A stretch of DNA of 64,000 nt from Vitrella brassicaformis CCMP3155 (lineage: Eukaryota > Protista > Chromerida): NCBI GenBank assembly GCA_001179505.1, contig CDMY01000257.1:62001-126000 (forward strand). The letters are read 5' to 3'. The position numbers were made by a program, and so were the translations under genes. This document shows, in pieces, positions 12,304 to 21,000 of this stretch; within the stretch, counting starts at the first letter, position 1, and every line of letters starts with the position of its first letter. The notes under the pieces were generated by a model. The model saw only the letters and a list, made by a program, of their open reading frames with translations, was not told the DNA's origin and did no database searches.

Positions 12304-12704
12304 ATGAGGCTGTTGGTCGTCTGCTTCGCTCTGTCCGCGCTCCGTGCGCGTTCCGGGTTGAGTGCCCCATCACGTCAGGACCCCCCGGCCCCCCCTCCGT
12401 CCGCGGCGGCGTCAGTGCAGGAAACCGCAGCAGTGCATCCGTTCACCGACGAGACCGACCGCGGTCGAGGCGCCACCGGTCAAAATGGTGAGCAGAGAAC
12501 GACACAGAACCGGCACTGCTTCTGTGGACGTCTGGGTGCATGATGCGTCGTACAGATCGCCCTCTTCTCCGTCGCACGCAGTCTGACTCCGACAAGAAGA
12601 CCAAGCCAGAGCAGGATTATGACGAGGTCTGCTGCGATGATTGTTTTTATTACAGAAATGTTCGTGACTGTTACGATCAGTGCAATGATGACTTTTGCCG
12701 ATGA
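12304..12704 (+). CDS. Small secreted six-cysteine peptide precursor, copy C (110 aa; exons 12304-12487, 12556-12704), orphan copy
   Basis: Exon 1 differs from copy B by one base (N20S) and the 68-bp intron is identical. Spliced C-terminus: DRPLLRRTQSDSDKKTKPEQDYDEVCCDDCFYYRNVRDCYDQCNDDFCR*. Confidence 0.88.
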
Positions 12705-13238
12705 CGAGACAGCCAACCCGTCTTCAGGCCAGGTTGTAGTGCCGCGTTCAGTGCCGCATGCATTGTCACTGGTGAATTTTTTGTCTTGTGACTGGCTGGG
12801 ACGCCCACCGACGGGCAGGGACCTTGTGAAATGCTGAACACAAACCCGTTTCGTGTTGTGGTGTGGCTCTGGTGACTTCTGCTGCTGGTTTGCGGACCGT
12901 GCTTCGTGAGCCGTCAGTGCGTGAAGCGACACCTCACTTTGTGAGGCAATGAGTTTCTCTCCACGTGCGTTGAGAGAGACAGTGACATTCGAGATATACC
13001 GGAGAGAGCGGCCTGTACAGCACGACCAGACGGTGCAGCAGCGGTGTGTGTGGACAGGGAACCAAGTACACATGAGATGAGGAGCGGTGTATACACAATT
13101 GTGTCAACAGTCATCATGCCAGCAGTTGGTGCTTTGGCACGGTGATAGATTCTGACATACACAAAATGCTACCGTGAGGCACTGGCAGACAGACAGACCT
13201 AGTTCGCTCTCTAGAGCCCAACAGGATGTCTGTGTCCT

Positions 13239-13996
13239 TTACGCCTCCTTCTCAATCAGATAGGTCACCCCGTCGCTCCTGCTGAAATCGTAGGTCTCGT
13301 GGTCGACTAGATTTGTGTCGCTCAGCTCCAAGTTGTAAAAAGACACGGGATGCGGCTGATCAAACAGGGGGCCGGCATGCCATGTGCCGATCTCCATCTT
13401 GATGAACGCATCACCTGCAGAAACCAGACGCACAACACATTCATTCATTCATTCATTCGTGAATCCCTCATATGTGCCCATCTTCTATCCCATCTCACCA
13501 GGTATTCGAAAGACCTTGAGCCTCTCCACATCAGGGCGGCTGCTGCTGAGGTCGGGAGGCGCCACGGCCATGTACCACGGCTCGCCATTGATAGCACCCA
13601 GGCATTGAGTCACCTGCTTGTGCCTCGTGATGGTGCTGAAGGAAAGGCCCCGCTGCGGCAGCCTCATAATGTAGAATCGAGGCGTGCCCCTATCCAGCTG
13701 AAGCGCTGCATCTTCGTCGTTGAACTCCTTCCCATCAACCTGTGCCTGTTGCAACTGAATCATACACACATAATGAGGAAGATGTGCGATGAATGTCAGT
13801 CTGTGAAATCGCGTGTGTGCATGCGCTGTACCTGCCCGTAGGGCTTGAAGTTGTCAACGGTGACATTCTCCGCTCGAATGAGCTTGATCTGCGGCTCAGG
13901 TCCACTCATCTCACCGTTTGGAACCAATCGAAAACACGCGACGGGGACGATGAGTACTGAGAGAGCCGCCAGAGGCGTCAAAGCCGTGACTTTCAT
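13239..13996 (-). CDS. Ureidoglycolate hydrolase/lyase (AllA-like cupin) family protein, cyanobacterial/plant type, with an N-terminal signal/bipartite leader (3 exons)
   Basis: Family motifs: FKPYGQ; LDRGTPRFYIMRL; ITRHKQVTQCLG; FIKMEIGTWHAGPLF; FYNLELSDTNLVDH. Leader MKVTALTPLAALSVLIVPVAC-FRL. Confidence 0.8.
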
Positions 13997-14074
13997 CCGA
14001 AATGCCGACGAGCTCGCCAAATGGATCGGGATCTCGGCTCGCACAAGAACCGCGTTCCGAAGTGCTTGAGGCTG

Positions 14075-15154
14075 ATGGCGGACTCTAAGGGCACGCCCAC
14101 ACCAGGATCTGACGAAGTTGTGGTGATTGGTGTGAAGAGGAAGCGCACCGACGAGCCCATCCCGACGCTCTTCATCGCTCCGCCCAGCAAGCGCCGCCAC
14201 GCCGGCCACCCCGCACCTCAGCCCTTCCGCTTCGTCACGTCCGTGTCGACGAACGACTTCCGCACGAACCGCGATGACATCCTATCGAAGCTGTCGAAGC
14301 AGTCCAGGGTCTCCCTCAGAGGCGAGGCGGAGAGGATAGGCCTGTCTGGCAAGGATGGATCAGCATCGGCCAACCGCATGCGTGACCAGAGCTACCGCCG
14401 GCTGCTGATGGAGAGGCTAAGTCAGCTGTCGCGCTTGCGGGAGGTGGGTCGGCATCGCGGCCTGGGGATGCCTGACGGCACCCACGTGAGCCTGATAGAG
14501 GTGGTGGGCAAGCAGGAGATGACCGCCCCGTGCCCATCTGACGAGCAAGACCCGCCCCAAGAGGACCGATGCGAGGATGAGGAGACCGTTCGACAGCGGC
14601 TGGAGGGGTTGCTGGGCTCGGCTGAGGGCGGCCAGGAAGCGATTGATGACGACTTTGACCTGTATGTCATGGATCGGTCATCGTATGGTGGAGGGTCATC
14701 GTACGACGACCCCATCGAGTCGCTCATGGTGGATGGCGATAGCACGGCGGCGGCCGACAGGTGTGCGCTGGTGGAGCTGGAGGACGGCGGGTATAGCATT
14801 TTCGACTACGGAGAGCTGGGCGAGACGAGCGACGACGACCCTGAAGACGGTGAGCATCCACTCGCCCCAACACACACACAGCGGCACTTGTATGACGTGT
14901 GTCGTGGGTCCGTGCCTGTGTCAGAGGATGGGAAGGAGATCGATTACCCGGACGAGCCGATGGGCGAGGAGGATGGCGTCGGTTCACAGGACAGCTGGCC
15001 GGATGACGATGACGTCGGTGTGCCGCGAGACAACCTCTCCGACGACTGGTCCGACGAGGGGGAGCAGAAAGACCGCAGCTACCACTTCAATGTCGGGGAC
15101 GTCATGAAGCAGCGACTGGAGCAACTGAGGCCCTCACACGAAGCCATCAAGTGA
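14075..15154 (+). CDS. IWR1/SLC7A6OS/DMS4-like RNA polymerase II nuclear import factor (one intron near 14850-14923)
   Basis: N-terminal VVVIGVKRKRTDEP motif. Acidic C-terminus with DDDPED|EDGKEIDYPDEP, resembling the Iwr1 DYPDE signature. Confidence 0.6.
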   Translation: MADSKGTPTPGSDEVVVIGVKRKRTDEPIPTLFIAPPSKRRHAGHPAPQPFRFVTSVSTNDFRTNRDDILSKLSKQSRVSLRGEAERIGLSGKDGSASANRMRDQSYRRLLMERLSQLSRLREVGRHRGLGMPDGTHVSLIEVVGKQEMTAPCPSDEQDPPQEDRCEDEETVRQRLEGLLGSAEGGQEAIDDDFDLYVMDRSSYGGGSSYDDPIESLMVDGDSTAAADRCALVELEDGGYSIFDYGELGETSDDDPEDGEHPLAPTHTQRHLYDVCRGSVPVSEDGKEIDYPDEPMGEEDGVGSQDSWPDDDDVGVPRDNLSDDWSDEGEQKDRSYHFNVGDVMKQRLEQLRPSHEAIK

Positions 15155-15178
15155 GTGCGTAACCAGCACACACACACA

Positions 15179-15252
15179 CATACATACATTAGTGGCGTAG
15201 TGGCGTTCTGGCTTCCTTCATACATACATTAGTGGCGTTCTGGCTTCCTTCA
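15179..15252 (+). repeat. Short direct tandem duplication (about 33-40 bp unit)
   Basis: CATACATACATTAGTGGCG...TTCTGGCTTCCTTCAT occurs twice between the IWR1-like gene and the next ORF. Confidence 0.8.
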
Positions 15253-15284
15253 TTCTGTCCTGGTGTGACCAACCGACACACAGG

Positions 15285-15833
15285 ATGGCCACGACGTCCC
15301 CTGCACCACCACCATCACCACCAGCAGCCGATGGTTCAGAGCGTGAGATGACCGACCAGGAGGTGTTCCTGCTGGGCGCCCGCAAGTACTGGGCCAGCCT
15401 GCAGGATCCGCCCCGCACCTCCTTCTATCCCGGCAAGAGGAACACGGCCCCAACAGCCGACGAGCCAATGGACAAGCTCCCGCCCGACCTGCGAGGCAGC
15501 GGTGACGAGGGCAAGAGCAGCAACGATGAGATCAGCAGCGGCAGCGGTGATGACGAGCCACTCACCCATCCCGGGTTCATCAGAAGGAGGTCAGAGCACG
15601 AGGTGTGGCGGGATGAGGCGGAGGTCCCGCAGCCGACCCAGGCTCATGTGCGCCGAATGGTGAAGCAGAAGATGGGCAGTGGCGGTGCGGCAAAGGGATC
15701 GGCTGACGGCAAGTCGGGTAGCTTCATGGAGAGGCTGCGTGCGCTGCAGGAGGCGGAGGACGAGTGGGAGAAGGGCAAGGGCAGGGCGGGAGGCAGGGTG
15801 GTGCGTTTCGACAAGAGACAGGGGGCGCGTTAA
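15285..15833 (+). CDS. Hypothetical 182-aa hydrophilic protein, apparently intronless
   Basis: ATG-initiated ORF with G/C-ending codon bias like neighbouring genes. No family recognised. Confidence 0.6.
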   Translation: MATTSPAPPPSPPAADGSEREMTDQEVFLLGARKYWASLQDPPRTSFYPGKRNTAPTADEPMDKLPPDLRGSGDEGKSSNDEISSGSGDDEPLTHPGFIRRRSEHEVWRDEAEVPQPTQAHVRRMVKQKMGSGGAAKGSADGKSGSFMERLRALQEAEDEWEKGKGRAGGRVVRFDKRQGAR

Positions 15834-16704
15834 ACGAGGGATTTCCTGTGGTTGACTGCTGGGTCCTCTGTGGGTGCATGTCTGCGGTTTGGGTGGTGGG
15901 TTCATGCATTGACTCAAGGGTACTCCGATTTGCTTGCGCATGTGCACCGTTCTCTTTGATTCAGCATCGAACCAATCGATCGATCCCTCGACAAAATACG
16001 GCACGTCATTCGATCGCACACCTTCGGGGACACACACACACACTCGCGACACCGCGTCAACACAAAGCTCAACAACAGCCCACAGTTAAGGCACCCATCA
16101 CCGACCTGCCCCCCGTACACACACACACACACCCATAACATGCCATGACATATCCACAGTGGCCAGCCCGCGCTCTTGTTTGTCACTCATGTGTCATAGG
16201 GAGACCATGCTAGTGCCGCTCTTGGCGTGTCATCTCGCCCAGCCGCACTCCATGTGACGGCCACACCAGCTGTGAAGCGATTTGGCGGAGACATGGAAAG
16301 GGCCTGCAACATGACACGCCAGGCAGCATGGGAAGCAGGATCGAGGCAGGGGAAAAAGGAAATGGATACAGTACCTTCTACTGGGTGCTTAAATGCACCC
16401 CGCATACGGACATACGCACGCCACACCCACACCACGCCATAACGAGTACAAAACACACCCACACACCCGCTTGCACTCACCTTCCTACATTACCCAACCA
16501 GCACGCGCGCCCACCCACTCCAAAACTGCCTGTCTGCCTCTCTGTCTGTCTGTCTGTCTGTGTTTTGCAGAGGCAAAACTGTGCAGCACCATCCTGCCCA
16601 TTGGCCAAGCAAGGCTCCCGCCTATGCCACCAAAAAAAGCACTGCAGCGCCCTGCGTGTGTGCGTGAGTGAGTGACCCTGCTGTGTATGATGGCATCTAT
16701 AGGC

Positions 16705-17803
16705 CTATGCTACCCCCCTTTGTGCTGCCTGTGCGGCCTTCTTTGCCTCCTTCCTGGCCCGTCTTTCCGCAGCCATTCGTTTCCGCTTGGCTTCGTCCTG
16801 CTCGTGCCACACACGCGTTACCTCATGGCAGAACTGACACCACACAAACCCAAAGTGCTCAATGGGCGATTCTCGCCGCAGCTGAGTGTGTTGACCACTC
16901 ACCTCGTCGAAATCTATCTTTCCGTTTCTGTCTCTGTCGAACGCCCTGAATCGCGCGTGCATCTGCTTGTGTGTGAACGGGATGCCCACAAGTCGAAATG
17001 CCATGAGTGCCTCGGTCTCGTCGATGAAGCCGCTGCCGTCCGTGTCGAGCGACGTGAAGGCCCACGTGAGGAACCGCTGCCTCAGGAAGGGGATTTTCCG
17101 GAACATGTCCACGGGGTGCCGTGAGACCTCCAGGATGGTCCACGTCGACACGCCCGATGCGCCACCGACCGAGAAGATCAGTGCGCCTATCGGCCGAAAA
17201 GCCCACGAGAAGAGGGCTGACAGGCCACCTGCAGACGTGCAGAACACGCATGTGCGTGGGTAGGTGAGTGGATGGGTGCATTGGGCCGGCGGGAACTCAC
17301 CGATGACTGTTGTTTTGAAGGCCAGGATGACGACATTGATGAAGTGGACGATGTTGTGGCCAATCATGTGGCTGATGCTGTGCTCGACGCTCTTGTGCAG
17401 AATCTTCTTCGTCCGGGAGTGCAGCTTGCTTGCCACGTACGCTCCTCCGGGCCAAGCCTTCGCACCCACGACATCGCCCTCCTCGGACAGCTCATCGCCC
17501 GACACATCGACGGTGCCGCCGCCATCACCACCACCACCGCCTCCTGCGCTGCTGCCGCCATCTGCATGACACACACAGTCATCAGATGGAGCCATCTCCG
17601 CTCGTTTTTCTGTTATCTTTCGCACCTGACAGAACGACAGAGCTGCCAGCAGCAGGACTGGCTCTCCGTCGGGTGCACGATGGCCTCAGAAGGCGAGTCC
17701 GATATGGCGGAAGTGATATGAAGGATGGTTGCCGGCATCTGAGGAGGGCAAGTGATGAGGCAGCGGCGAGGGCCGGCAGCAATAGCACAAAGGCAAGCTG
17801 CAT
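16705..17803 (-). CDS. EF-hand (calcium-binding) protein with a hydrophobic segment and a putative bipartite plastid-type leader; may have extra 3' exons down to about 15.85 kb
   Basis: Leader MQLAFVLLLPALAAASSLALLRCRQPSF... splices in phase at 17561. Two EF loops: SLDTDGSGFIDETE and AFDRDRNGKIDFDE. Basic coiled tail KRKRMAAERRARKEAKK. Confidence 0.7.
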
Positions 17804-18002
17804 GACGAGATCTTTTTGATCCGTTGCGATCTCAGCTTGCGTGGCGAGCTTTTGAAGAAGGGTCGAAGGGAAAGAGAGGAAAAAGAGGCTGTGGGAAGCA
17901 GCCATGATGAGGCAGATGCGGATCTTGCAATGGGATTTCGCCTCATCTGCTTGATCTACGCACGGTGGAGCAGTCTGAAGGTCATCGTATGAATTATTCG
18001 CG

Positions 18003-21000
18003 ATGGTAGCTCCTCCACTGGACGTCGAGCTCATCGACAAGCTGGTGGGCAAGTGGCGGAAGCGGTCACACAAGAAGCTCGTCATCGAAATCACCCAGGT
18101 ACGCACACAAACACTCACACATCATAGACGGAATGCCAGATCAGGCTGATGGCAGCGCAGCGCCCCATATGAATGTGTGTGTGTGTGTCGACGCATTGCT
18201 GCAGGCCAAGGACAACCCCTCTCTGCTGTTGTTCCACGACCCCTCAGCAGCATCCGGCTCTCTCCTCTCGTGGGGCTCTCCCACCAGGCCGGAAGGGGCG
18301 CCCATCGAGATCCAGACAGATGACGACGGCGAGCCCTTTTTCCTTGTCCAATGGGCAGAGAAGCGTTGGGGTGTGGCGAGGTTCACCCTGGGAAGCCGGG
18401 AGGACGAGATGATGGAGAAGAGGCAGCACCACTGGGACCGCTTTGAGAAACCCAGCAGAATTAAGGTCCCAATGCACCCACACCCACAAGCCACACCCAA
18501 GCCACGGAAGACTGCTCATGAGGCCAGCACCGCCACCACCATCGGCAGCGGCAAGGTCACAGGCGGCGGGAAGGAATCCTCTGTGCCGTCCCCTGTGCCA
18601 CAATCCGTCCAGCTTGTGGATGACGACGTCGAAGGAAGCGCAGACGGAGGAGAGGACGAGGAGGAGGATGGATCGCCGCTGCTCGAGCCGCCCACCGACG
18701 AGCCAAGCGAGGCTCCCTTGTGGCGTGACGCGGTATTTCAGGCCGCATATGGGCTGGCGGATGATGCAGCCGAGCCGCTGGGTCCGTCAGAGGCACTCCA
18801 GCAAGCCGTCCAGGCTCTTGAATTCGCCAGTGAGTCGTACACGCATCTCGCAACGGCCCTCCCGGCCCCCTACGCAGAGGATGCAGACGGCGTGGCCGGG
18901 CGAGTGCAGCCTTTCATTACCAGTGTCAGCGGCGAGCTGCGGCAGGTCCTCGACAGCTGCCGGTCCCTGACGTCGAGACTGCTGCCGGTCATCTCGGCGG
19001 GGGCGAAGCACCACACGGCCTTCTACACTTACGTGGTAGAAGTAGTGGCCCGTCTGCGACAGCTGGCCAGTGGGGGCAAGGGAGGCATCTTGGTGGCGCC
19101 TGTTGGCTGGCTGGCCAAGGGAGAGTCGGCTGACAGCGATGATGCTTCGGTGAGGCTGGTGTATCTCGTCATCACCAAGGCCGACAACTCACAAGGCCCC
19201 CCGAACGAGAGCTTCTTCGACGTGTCGGTCATCAGCTCGTGCGACAGCGCCCTTGGCTACCACCCCGTCACCGCTGAGGCGACACCAGCAACAGCACAGC
19301 TGCTCTACCTCACCCCTCTGCCGTTGAGGCACATCAAAGCCGAGCGGCTCATCGACGGCAACTTTTGGACTTTAGTGCTGCGGCTGCTGGTGCATCCACA
19401 GCCAGACGAGGAGCAGGCGCGTATCCTCTATGACATCCTCCTCCCATCCGCCACACACACACCCGGCCTCTACAGCAGCGAGCACGGCAAAGACGAGGCA
19501 CTCCTCTCCTGGTCACCCCCACCGCCCGTCAAGGACGACCCCACCAACACCCACCTGACCACGCTGCTGGTGCGCGAGACCCTCTTGGCTCTCGGCCTGA
19601 CGAGGCAGGAGGCCGCACACCTTTCCTGCATCAACGCATGGGCCATGTGCGAGCGGCTCACACAGGACATCACCAAGCACTCAGTGACGCCGAGAGACGC
19701 CGCTCTGCTCAGCCAGGCCGCTCGGCACATCGCTGTAGGTGTGGCAAAGGCCACCCAGCAGTCGACAACGGATGGGGGGCATCACACACGGTGCAGAATC
19801 CCACTGGAGGGCCGGCACCTGGCTGCACTGCACGGAGCGCTCGAGCGGCTGAATGACTATGTCGAGCAGCGGTCTCTGCACCGGACGGAGAGGCGCGTGC
19901 TGGGAGGGCCGACAGTGAGGGCGGACGACGGGTGCAGTGACGTACGTGTGGCCGGCTGGGAGGAGTTCGACCTGATGGGCGGCTTTCGGCGTGACGAAGA
20001 CGTCGACAAGCTGGCTGGCGAGGCGAAGGACCCCCCCGTGCTGGTGCCTGTGCAGCTGACAGACATCCCTGAGAAGGTGGGTGAAACAAAGGACACCCAC
20101 ACCCGCGGCCTCGTCTCTGTATGTATGTTTGTGTGCATCCTTGTCTGCTGGCTACTTCAGGTGGTGACCTTCGCTGACGTGTCCACAACACTGCGCAAAT
20201 GCGTCCGCGTGTGCACGCTGCTGGCCAACCAGCGGTGTGACATCGACAATTCGGCTGCATTCCGTCTGGCATTGATCCAGCACCTCGTCACCAAGGTGCT
20301 GCCCGTTCCGTTGCCCCTAAGCGCCCCGGATCGTCCGGCCAAGTGTTTCTGGGCGTCACAGCAGATCACCAGAGCGGTGCAGCACGATATCCTGCGGTGA
20401 GTTGGCTATGCTACTGATGCACTGAATGAGGTGCATTGCTGTCTCGTGTCGTGTGGGAGGTGCTGCAGCCACTTGCACCTGATCGGCCTGCATCTCGTCA
20501 CCGCGTCTCTTTCAGTCATCCCATCACGGTGACCAACCACCCCAGAAAGCTCCTCCAATCAACCAGTGCACCCATCGATGTGCTCTTCCTTCATTGGCTC
20601 GTTCGTCAGGCCCATCGATGCGTCTCGGCTCACATCGCTGGCCGCCCTGGCCACACTGGCCGACGCCACCGTGCGGTTGATGGCCACCGACGACCCGTCA
20701 GGTCTCTCCCGCCACTACGGCGGCTACCCCGACGGCCGTCCCTTCTGGTTCGACCTGACCGAGTTCGCCTCAGAGAGCGAGTACTTCATGTACGCCGAGC
20801 CGCACCTCGCCATTGTGCGCTGGCAGGTGAGAGACCTTACCTGACCCAAACACACACACACACACACACCACGTGTATGTGTGTGGAGTGTGCGCTGGTG
20901 CGTGCAGGTGCTGGAGTACCTGACAGAGCTCAAGGGGCTGTCGGCTACGTCGTCCGTTGGGAAGCAGCTGTTTCGTTTTGAGGATGGGATGGCGTTCGAC

